DNA of 64,000 nt from an uncultured Gemmatimonadales bacterium (GTDB taxonomy: Bacteria; Gemmatimonadota; Gemmatimonadetes; Gemmatimonadales; GWC2-71-9). This document shows, piece by piece, positions 55,698 through 64,000 of the stretch. The notes beneath the pieces are model-generated. The model was not told where the DNA came from. It was given only the letters and a program-made list of their open reading frames with translations, and did not search any database. Made by a program: the position numbers and the translations under genes. Where the stretch lies: NCBI GenBank assembly GCA_963821525.1, contig CAWGED010000003.1:32001-96000 (forward strand). The letters run 5' to 3'. Each line of letters begins with the position of its first letter. Position 1 is the stretch's first letter.

Positions 55698-57461
55698 CCG
55701 CCACCGCATTACGGACTCACCGCTGCGGCAGTCTCCGCCGCGACCACGCGGGCCAGAAGGTTCGCCTCGGCGGCTGGGTGCATCGGGTGCGCGATCTTGG
55801 CGGGCTTCTGTTCATTGACCTGCGGGACCGCGACGGGATCGTGCAGCTCTCCTTCGATCCCAAGTGGACTCCAGCCGAGGTGCTGCGCCGGGCCGGAGAG
55901 GTCGGAGCCGAGAGTGTCGTACTGGTGAGCGGTACAGTTGAGCTCCGGCCGGAGTCCGCGCGCGACACCGCCCTCGCCACTCGCGACGTCGAAATCAGGG
56001 TGGAATCCCTGCAGATCGTGGGGCCGGCGGAGACGCCCGCGATTCCGGTCGCCCGCAAGGAGGGCGAGGAGCTTCCCGCCGAGGAGCTGCGACTCAAGCA
56101 CCGGGTGCTCGACCTGCGCCGCCCGGAGCTGGCGCGGAACCTCATGCTGCGACACCGCCTCCTGCAGCGCTCCCGGCGCACCCTCACCGAGCTCGATTTC
56201 CTGGAGCTCGAGACACCGATTCTCACCAAGCCGACTCCCGAAGGCGCGCGCGACTACCTGGTTCCGAGCCGGATTCATCCGGGGGAGTTCTTCGCGCTGC
56301 CCCAGTCGCCCCAGATCTACAAGCAGCTGCTGATGGTGGCGGGCTACGATCGCTACTTCCAGATCGCGCGCTGCTTCCGGGACGAAGATCTCCGCGCCGA
56401 TCGCCAGCCCGAGTTCACTCAGATCGACCTGGAAGCGTCGCTTCGTCTCGACGGACGATGTGATGGCCGTGGTCGAGAAGGTCCTGGTGGACCTGTGGGC
56501 CGAAGCGGGACAGTCGGTGCAGACGCCGTTCCTTCGGATGCCGTGGCGGGAGGCGATGGAACGCTTTGGCGTGGACAAGCCCGACCTGCGCTACGACCTC
56601 GAAATCCGGGACCTCACTCCTCAAGTCGGAGCCGACGCGGCGGAATTCCTCAAGTCCGCCGTGGCAGGCGGCCAGCGCCTGCGTGCCATCATCGCCCCGG
56701 GATCTGCCGGCATGAGCCGGAAGGAAATCGACGGGCTCACGGCGATCGTCAAAGGCGCCAAGGCGGGAGGACTGATCTGGGCCAAGCGCACAGCGACGGG
56801 GTGGGAAGGGCAGGGAGTAAAGGCGGTTGGCACGGAGACGCTGGCGAAGCTGGGCACCGAGGGGGATCTGCTGCTCGCGGTTGTGGGAACTGATCAGGTC
56901 ACCTCACCCGCGCTGCACGCCCTGCGCTCGGAGCTGGTCCGGCGGCCCGGTATGAAGGCCAACAAGGATCACGCCTTCTGCTGGATCGTGGACTTCCCGC
57001 TCTTCGAGCTGGACCCCGACACCGGGCAGCACGTGCCGGCGCACCATCCGTTCACCGCTCCGCATCCGGATGACATTGCTCAGCTGACCAGCAATCCGGC
57101 CGGGACTCGTGCACTGCACTACGATGCGGTGTACAACGGCAACGAGCTGGGCAGCGGCTCCATCCGGATCACCGATCCCAAGGTTCAGCGCAAAATCTTC
57201 GAGCTGCTGGGCATTCCGGACTCCGAGATCCGTCGCCGCTTCGGTTTCCTGCTCGACGGCCTGGCCGCTGGCGCGCCCCCCCATGGCGGATTCGCCCTGG
57301 GGTTCGATCGAATTTCGATGCTGTTGGCAGGAGCTACGTCGCTGCGGGATGTAATCGCGTTCCCCAAGACTACGGCGGCACGGGCCTTGTTCGAGGGGGC
57401 GCCGACGGTAGTGAATCCAGAGGACTTGAAGGCGTTGCACATTGAGGTACGGGAGACGTGA
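55694..57461 (+). CDS. aspS: Aspartate-tRNA ligase (frameshift near 56440)
   Basis: LRTHRCG, PEGARDYLVPSR, FRDEDLRADRQPEFTQID, PPHGGFALGFDR, IAFPKT. Confidence 0.97.
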
Positions 57462-57554
57462 GAGGTGAGACGTGAGAGGTGAGAGTAAGACGTGAGAGGC
57501 GAGAAGTGAGAAGTGAGGGCGTTTCCCTCTCACCTCTTACGTCTCACGTCTCAC
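57453..57554. repeat. Inverted heptamer pair (gtgagac/gtgagag ... gtctcac)
   Basis: Begins inside the aspS stop region; about 9 left and 4 right units. Confidence 0.92.
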
Positions 57555-57575
57555 TTTTTTCCAAGGAGACCAAAA

Positions 57576-58526
57576 TTGCCTGACGACATCCAACACCGAT
57601 TGTCGACTGAAGGCGCGGACCCACTGCTCCTGGCCGGCGTGAACGATGCGAACCTGCTCGCACTGGAACGGGCGCTTGGGGTCCGGGTGTCGCTCCGGGG
57701 TGATGCCATCACGGTGGGGGGAAGCTTCGAGCAGGTTGAGCGCGCGACCGGCGTGGTTCAAGCGATGCTTGACCTGACTCGCATGGGCGAAGCGGTGACC
57801 GCGGATGACGTGGCCCGCCTGGTGGCAAACGGCCCGGTGGCTGAACCGTCAGCGAGCGGCGAGCAACGCATCATCCTGCCTGGTCTCCGCCGGGTGATCG
57901 TGGCCAAGACGCAGGGCCAGCGGGACTATCTGCAGGCCATTGCGACGCACGATATCGTGGTGAGCATCGGGCCAGCCGGCACCGGCAAGACCTATCTCGC
58001 CGTCGCCAAGGCGGTGGAAGCGCTGGCTCGGAAGCGGGTACGCCGGATCATCCTCGCCCGGCCGGCGGTGGAAGCGGGAGAGTCGCTGGGATTTCTCCCC
58101 GGAGACATGCAGGCCAAGGTCGATCCGTATCTCCGCCCGCTGTACGACGCACTCGAGGACATGATGCCGCATGACCGGGTGCAGAAGGCGCTGGAGACGC
58201 GAACGATCGAGATCGCGCCGCTGGCTTACATGCGCGGCCGCACGCTCGCGGACGCGTTCATCATCCTGGACGAGGCACAGAACGCCACGATCGCCCAGAT
58301 GAAAATGTTCCTGACCCGGCTCGGCGTGAACAGCAAGGTGGTGGTCACCGGAGACAAGACCCAGATCGACCTTCCCAAGAGGGAAGAATCGGGACTGATC
58401 CAGATCGAACGGGTCCTCCCTGGCATCGACGGGATCGCGTTCTGCTATCTCGACGAGTCCGATGTGATGCGGCACAGGCTGGTGCGGGAGATCATCCGGG
58501 CCTACGCGGAGGATCAGAACGGTTGA
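57576..58526 (+). CDS. phoH: PhoH-family ATPase
   Basis: GPAGTGKT, RPAVEAGESLGFLPG, AYMRGRTL, DEAQN. Confidence 0.94.
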   Translation: MPDDIQHRLSTEGADPLLLAGVNDANLLALERALGVRVSLRGDAITVGGSFEQVERATGVVQAMLDLTRMGEAVTADDVARLVANGPVAEPSASGEQRIILPGLRRVIVAKTQGQRDYLQAIATHDIVVSIGPAGTGKTYLAVAKAVEALARKRVRRIILARPAVEAGESLGFLPGDMQAKVDPYLRPLYDALEDMMPHDRVQKALETRTIEIAPLAYMRGRTLADAFIILDEAQNATIAQMKMFLTRLGVNSKVVVTGDKTQIDLPKREESGLIQIERVLPGIDGIAFCYLDESDVMRHRLVREIIRAYAEDQNG

Positions 58527-59980
58527 TGCGTGATGGCAGGACCGAGCGCGCGTGGGGTGACGCCGCCGGATCCTCCTTGCTGAATCGCTTCACTTTCCAC
58601 GCGGCCCGGTGGGGGCTGATCCTCATCCCGGCGCTGGCCACCCGGCTGGCATATCCTCCGACGACCACCGGCGGCTTCGTCCGGACCTGGGTCGGCCCCG
58701 TTCTCTACAATCTCGTCATCCTCTCCATCTTCTGGCTGCTGCTCGCGTTCTATCGCCGCGAGACCTATCGACGGCTGCGGGAGATGGTGTTTTTTACCGC
58801 CCTGTTCACGCTCTCCATCGTTCTCGGGGATCTGCTCGACGGGCTGTTTCCGGCCCGTGCCGAACCGCTGCCAATCCCGCTTGCGGCTATCCTGGTCACC
58901 CTTCTCTATAACGGTCGCATCGCGATCACCTGCGCCATCACCCTGGCACTCCTGCTGGGAACCCAGGGCGGTCAGACCGACGCCGCGACACTCTTCTTCG
59001 GGATCGCGGGCGGTGTGGCCGGTGCCATCAGCATGCGCGTGGTGCGGCGCCGCAGCCAGGTCCTCGTCAGCATCGCGGCGATCACCCTCGCCTACGCCAT
59101 CGCGGGGTTCACCTACGGGTTGATGGCCGGGTGGACAGCGGACGACATGCTTCGGAGCGCGGGCATCGGCGGGATCGTCGCCCTGGTGAGTACGTCGGTC
59201 GCCATGGCCCTGCTGCCGCTCGCCGAATGGCTTACCCGCATCACCACCGATCTCCGGCTGCTGGAGCTGGCGGACCCGTCGCGCCCGCTCCTCAAACGCC
59301 TGGCCACCGAGGCTCCCGGCACCTGGGCCCACAGTCTCCAGATGGCCAACCTCTGTGAAGTCGCGTGTAACGCGATCCAGGCCAACGGGCTGCTCGCCCG
59401 GGTCGGCTGCTATTATCACGATGTCGGCAAGCTGGTCGGCCCGCTCTACTTCGCCGAAAACCAGCAGGGCGGGCGCAATCCGCACGACGATCTCAAACCG
59501 GAGGACTCGGCGCGCATCATCAGGCAGCACGTGGTCTACGGATTGGAGCTGGCCGACCAGGCCCGATTGCCCGAAGTGGTTCGAGGATTCATCGCGGAGC
59601 ACCACGGCACCAGCAGGATGGAATACTTCTTCGAGCAGGCCCAGAAGCCTGACGGCGCCGCATCGGGAGACGAGAGCGCCTTCGAGTATCCTGGCCCCCG
59701 GCCCCGGACCGCGGAGACCGCCGTCGCCATGCTCGCCGACAGCGCCGAGGCCGCGGTGCGGGTACTGGATGAACCGACTCCGGAGCGGGTGAGGGAAGCG
59801 GTGGATTTCCTGGTCGCGCAGAAGATCGCCGCCGGCCAGCTGAGGGAGGCACCGCTCACGCTGCGGGACCTGGACCGCGTGAGCCAGGAGTTCGCCCGGC
59901 TGCTCGCCGGTATGTACCATACCCGCGTCGAGTATCCCAGCGGTGCGGGTGGGATCACGGCTGACTTTGGCCGTGACTAG
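58526..59980 (+). CDS. 7TM-HD phosphohydrolase (PgpH-like)
   Basis: Multiple TMs; APGTWAHS, YYHDVGK, YFAENQ, EHHGT, YPGPRP, MLADS. Confidence 0.9.
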   Translation: MRDGRTERAWGDAAGSSLLNRFTFHAARWGLILIPALATRLAYPPTTTGGFVRTWVGPVLYNLVILSIFWLLLAFYRRETYRRLREMVFFTALFTLSIVLGDLLDGLFPARAEPLPIPLAAILVTLLYNGRIAITCAITLALLLGTQGGQTDAATLFFGIAGGVAGAISMRVVRRRSQVLVSIAAITLAYAIAGFTYGLMAGWTADDMLRSAGIGGIVALVSTSVAMALLPLAEWLTRITTDLRLLELADPSRPLLKRLATEAPGTWAHSLQMANLCEVACNAIQANGLLARVGCYYHDVGKLVGPLYFAENQQGGRNPHDDLKPEDSARIIRQHVVYGLELADQARLPEVVRGFIAEHHGTSRMEYFFEQAQKPDGAASGDESAFEYPGPRPRTAETAVAMLADSAEAAVRVLDEPTPERVREAVDFLVAQKIAAGQLREAPLTLRDLDRVSQEFARLLAGMYHTRVEYPSGAGGITADFGRD

Positions 59981-60410
59981 GAGATTGAGCCAGCGTCCGC
60001 CGGAGGTGCTTGTGAGCGGCCGAAGCAAGCTCTCCGCGACGCGAGTGCGACGGATCGTTCGGAAAGTGCTGGCGGCCGAGCGACGCCGCGCCACGGTGTC
60101 GGTGACTTTTATCGGACCGACCCGAATGCGGCGGCTCAACCGGGAGTACAAGAGGCATGACCGGCCGACCGATGTCATCTCGTTCCACCTGCCGGGGCCC
60201 GATGGGAGCCTGGCGGGAGACATTTACATCTGCCCGGCGGTCGCGGCACGCGAAGCAAAGGCGGCCGGTGTGACTCAGGCCGAAGAGTTGGCTCGCCTTG
60301 TAATTCACGGCACCTTGCACGTGCTGGGTTACGACCATCCCGAAGGTCGGGGACGGACCACTTCGGTTCTCTGGCGACGGCAGGAGCGATACCTGGAAGC
60401 GCTGACGTGA
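59973..60410 (+). CDS. ybeY: rRNA maturation endoribonuclease (start uncertain)
   Basis: PTDVISF, GDIYIC, HGTLHVLGYDH. Confidence 0.94.
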   Translation: MTRRLSQRPPEVLVSGRSKLSATRVRRIVRKVLAAERRRATVSVTFIGPTRMRRLNREYKRHDRPTDVISFHLPGPDGSLAGDIYICPAVAAREAKAAGVTQAEELARLVIHGTLHVLGYDHPEGRGRTTSVLWRRQERYLEALT

Positions 60411-61604
60411 TAGAAACACTGCACTACTTCATCACCCCGCTCGCCACCCTGATCTTCGCGTTTTGGGCGGCATGGCTCTCCTTTGCGGGAGAGGCGGATG
60501 CGGACGTCCCTCATATCCTCGCGGACGAGCAGCCGACCGGTGAAAGCGGACTCCCTCCGGCGCGGGCGCTGTATGTCGCGCACCTGGCCCTGCTGGTGCT
60601 GGCGGGCGCCGCTGCGGGAATCGCCGAATCGTGGTGGGCGCGTCCTGCCGGGGGAGCGCTCGCTCGGCTGCTTCTCGCGGTGGGACTGGTCTGGATCGTC
60701 GGCAATATTCTCCCGCGCTTCCTGGCATCCGTCGCGCCCGACTTGCCCGCCCTCGCGCGTCCGTCGGCGATCCGCTCCCTGCGACTCCTGGCCCCCGGTC
60801 TTCGCCTCGCGGCCTGGGCCGACCGGAAGATCCGCCCGGTCAAACGGCGGGAATACCGCGAGTCCGGCGCCACCCGCCGCGACATGCTGCTCGGCCTCTT
60901 CTCCCTGGCCGACACGACGGTCGCCGAGGTGATGACTCCCCGGATCGATATCATCGCGGTCGATGCGTCGGCCACCAGGGACGAAGTGGTCGCGACGCTC
61001 CAGGGCTCCGAACACGCGCGGCTCCTGGTGTACGAGGAGCACCCCGATGCGGTCATCGGCGTGCTCTACGCCAAGGACATGCTCGCCCGATTGCCGGAGG
61101 GCGACGATGCCGAGCCATGGAACGCCCTGATCCGGCCTGCGGCCTACGTCCCGGAAGGGAAGACACTCGATCGCCAGCTGCGCGACTTCCAGCGGGGGCC
61201 AAGCCATCTCGCGGTCGTGGTGGATGAATTCGGCGGCACCGCGGGCATCGTGACGTTGGAAGACATCCTCGAACAGATCGTTGGTGAGATCCAGGACGAG
61301 CACGACACCGATGAGGCCATTCCGGTTCAGGAGCTTCCCGCGGGACGGCTGTCGGTCGAAGGCGGCGTGCCACTCTCCGAGCTTGAAGCGATTCTCGGGA
61401 CACAGCTTCGGTCGGGAAGACGTGACCACCGTGGGTGGCTTGATGCTCGACGCCTTTGGCCGGGTACCTCGCTCGGGTGAGGCGGTCGCAGTTGATGGGA
61501 TTCGCTTCGCGGTGGAGCAGGTGGCCCGCAGGCGGGTCAGGCGGGTCCAGGTGGAGCGGCCCACCGCGCCGGCCGCGGCCGAGGCAGAGGAGGCGGCCGA
61601 ATGA
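60407..61604 (+). CDS. CNNM/CorC-family (TM + CBS pair + CorC) protein (frameshift near 61395)
   Basis: EVMTPRID, VVDEFGGTAGIVTLEDILEQIVGEIQDE. Confidence 0.9.
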
Positions 61605-62809
61605 TCTGGATCGTCTTCTCGATCGGCATCCTCCTCGCGGTCATCGGCGCCACCTCGAGCACCGCCCTGGTTTCCATGAGCCGCCTCGAGCTGGTGCAGG
61701 CAGTCTCCCGGCAGCTCCGCGGCGGACCCGGCTCCCTCGCCTGGCTGGCCGAGATGGAGACCTACCTCGGCATCACCGCGGCGCTCACCGCCCTCGGCAT
61801 GACGATACTCGGCGTGGCCACACCGGCGCTGTTCACCGGTGTGAGCCTGCTCGGATTCTTCGCGCTGATGATCCTCGTGGTCATCCCCGTCGTGCTGTTC
61901 GGCGGTTACCTGCTGCCCCGCTGGGTGGCTCGCTCCCGTCCCGAGGCCTTCCGCGCCGCCGTCGTGCCGGTGCTGCGGCCCGTTTCCGCCCTCTTCACTC
62001 TGTTCCTTCCCTCACGCGCCGGGACGTCCAGCGCCGATCTCCGCACCATCTGGCGCCAGGGTGCCGCGTCCGGTATCGGTGGCGACGAAGAGCTGATCAT
62101 GGTGGGCGGTGTCATGACCTTCGCCGAGCGAGCGGTACGGGAAGTGATGACTCCACGCACCAATCTCGTGGCGATTCCGGAAGACGCGCCGCTGGATGAG
62201 ATCGCCGCGGTCTTCGCTCAGAGCGGATACAGCCGGCTTCCGGTCTACCGCGGGACGCTGGATGAAATCGTCGGGATGCTGCACGCCTTTGACCTCTTCA
62301 AGCTGCAGCCGGGAGACCGGCTCCCGATTCGCCCGGTGGCCAACGCGCCAGCGGGACGGAACTGCGGTGACCTGCTGCTCGACATGCAGCGGGAGCGGCG
62401 CCATCTCGCCGTAGTCCTGGACGAATTCGGGGGAACGCTGGGCATCGTCACCTTCGAGGACCTGCTCGAGGAGCTGGTGGGCGAGATCTTCGACGAGTTC
62501 GACGAAGGCGCCGGCGGGGCGGGTGGTGCCACGCTGACGCTGTTCGAGACCGACGGCGCCACTCCGATCTCCGCCATCGAGGAGCGGTTCGATCGCAAGC
62601 TGCCCACCGCGACGACCAGCACGGTTGCCGGTCTGCTCGCCGAGCTGGCCGGACGGATTCCGGTAGCCGGCGATCGCTTCATCATCCGGACCCTGCAGTT
62701 CGACGTGGTCCAGGCCTCGCCCACCAAGGTGGAGCGCGTGCTGATTCGCCTGGTGCCTCCGCCGCCCGTGCTGCTCGCTCCGCCTCTCTCCGAGGATTCC
62801 CGGAAGTGA
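61601..62809 (+). CDS. CNNM/CorC-family protein, second paralogue
   Basis: EVMTPRT, GYSRLPV, VLDEFGGTLGIVTFEDLLEELVGEIFDE. Confidence 0.92.
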   Translation: MIWIVFSIGILLAVIGATSSTALVSMSRLELVQAVSRQLRGGPGSLAWLAEMETYLGITAALTALGMTILGVATPALFTGVSLLGFFALMILVVIPVVLFGGYLLPRWVARSRPEAFRAAVVPVLRPVSALFTLFLPSRAGTSSADLRTIWRQGAASGIGGDEELIMVGGVMTFAERAVREVMTPRTNLVAIPEDAPLDEIAAVFAQSGYSRLPVYRGTLDEIVGMLHAFDLFKLQPGDRLPIRPVANAPAGRNCGDLLLDMQRERRHLAVVLDEFGGTLGIVTFEDLLEELVGEIFDEFDEGAGGAGGATLTLFETDGATPISAIEERFDRKLPTATTSTVAGLLAELAGRIPVAGDRFIIRTLQFDVVQASPTKVERVLIRLVPPPPVLLAPPLSEDSRK

Positions 62810-64000
62810 ATCCTTCGAGAATCGTCCAGTCTCTGCTCGGTCTCATCCGAGTGGGCGATCTCAAGCAGTTCCTTCTTCGGGCCGAGAAAACCGAGCCAGC
62901 CGACCTGGGAGACGTCCTGGCGTCCCTGGACGATCAGGAGCGCCTCGCCGTCGTGAAGCAGCTGCCGCCCCGGCTTTCCGGGCGTGCGCTGCTCGAGATG
63001 CCGGACGAGACCCAGGCCGAAGAGACGCTGGTCGCCCTCGAGTCCGAGACCGCAGGAGAGATCGTCGAGGAGCTGCCGGACGACGAGGCGGCGGACCTGG
63101 TCGGCGCGCTGGACCCGGAGGACCAGCAGCGAATTCTGGCCGAGGTCGAGGACCGGGCCGATGTAGAAACGCTGCTCCGCTACGATCCCGAGACCGCCGG
63201 CGGCATCATGACCGCGCATGTGGTCTCGGTGCGGGAGGACAGCACGGCGGCGGAAGCGATCGATGCTCTGCGAAAGCAGGCGGAGGAGGTCGAGGATTTC
63301 CCCCACGTCTTCGTGGTGGACTCGGATCGCAAGCTGGTCGGGGTACTGCCGCTCAAGGGGCTGGTCATGAGTCCCGCGGACCGGCCGGTCCGTGAGTTCA
63401 TGGAAAATGCCGACGTGCGGGTGGCGCCGGAGGAGGACCAGGAGGAAGTCGCCCGGCTCATCAAGCGCTACGACGTGGCGGGCGTGCCGGTGGTGGATGC
63501 GGCAGGACGGCTGCTGGGCCAGGTCACCTTCGACGACGTCATCGACGTGGTGGAAGAAGAGCAGACCGAAGACATGCTCCGCTTCGGTGGCGTCTCCGCC
63601 GATGAGGAACTGGGCGCCCGGTGGACCACCGCGGTGCGGAGCCGGTTGCCCTGGCTCTTCGTCAATCTGCTCACCGCCTTCATGGCCGGCGCCGTGGTCT
63701 ACCTGTTCAAGGACACCGTGACCCGGACCGTGGCGCTCGCGGTGTGGATGCCGATCATCGCCGGAATGGGCGGCAACGCCGGGACTCAGGCTCTCGCGGT
63801 GACGGTGCGACGCCTGGCCCTGGGACTCATTCCGCCCGACCGCTTTTTTCGGGTAGTGGGGAAGGAGATTCTCGTCGGACTGGTCAACGGGCTTGCGATC
63901 GGCGTCACGGTATCAGTCGTTGCGGTCGCGATGGGAGGGGGAGCTGAGCTGGGGCTTGTTGTGTTCCTCGCGATGGCCGGCAATCTCTTCGTCGCCGGCT
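62806..64000 (+). CDS. mgtE: Magnesium transporter MgtE (runs off the right edge; not in the ORF track)
   Basis: Own translation: YDPETAGGIMT, CBS pair, TFDDVIDV, RLPWLFVNL, MPIIAGMGGNAGTQ. Confidence 0.95.
   Translation, partial: MNPSRIVQSLLGLIRVGDLKQFLLRAEKTEPADLGDVLASLDDQERLAVVKQLPPRLSGRALLEMPDETQAEETLVALESETAGEIVEELPDDEAADLVGALDPEDQQRILAEVEDRADVETLLRYDPETAGGIMTAHVVSVREDSTAAEAIDALRKQAEEVEDFPHVFVVDSDRKLVGVLPLKGLVMSPADRPVREFMENADVRVAPEEDQEEVARLIKRYDVAGVPVVDAAGRLLGQVTFDDVIDVVEEEQTEDMLRFGGVSADEELGARWTTAVRSRLPWLFVNLLTAFMAGAVVYLFKDTVTRTVALAVWMPIIAGMGGNAGTQALAVTVRRLALGLIPPDRFFRVVGKEILVGLVNGLAIGVTVSVVAVAMGGGAELGLVVFLAMAGNLFVAG

Overview
GC-rich bacterial chromosomal window, probably Gemmatimonadota (inferred from gene order and protein style, not from a marker gene). 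More than 20 genes, including essential ones, carry single-base frameshifts, so these are most likely long-read indel errors. Positions 1-6924 hold an integron in the uncommon inverted layout: intI is transcribed toward attI and co-directional with the cassettes. Seven attC sites and eight cassettes are visible, including HicBA, an antitoxin-Doc pair, a duplicated cassette and an IS481 insertion, and the array runs off the left edge. The rest is mostly housekeeping: ppdK, purF/L/Q/S/C/B with pssA-psd, an HtrA protease, truA, trpD, lexA, trpC, a decayed trpF, trpB, HEAT and HD-GYP genes, trpA, a chemoreceptor, folK-panB-panC, a serine-cycle cluster (gck, sgaA, mcl, mtkAB, hpr-like, ppc), three paralogous S8 lipoprotein peptidases around rlmN, and PTS IIA-aspS-phoH-HD-ybeY-CNNM-CNNM-mgtE. 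The most striking unexplained structure is about 18 tandem arrays of 7-9-nt units at gene junctions, often as inverted pairs. One pair encloses a four-helix-bundle (IVP/Avd-like) gene, and two arrays sit inside coding sequences (purL, gck).
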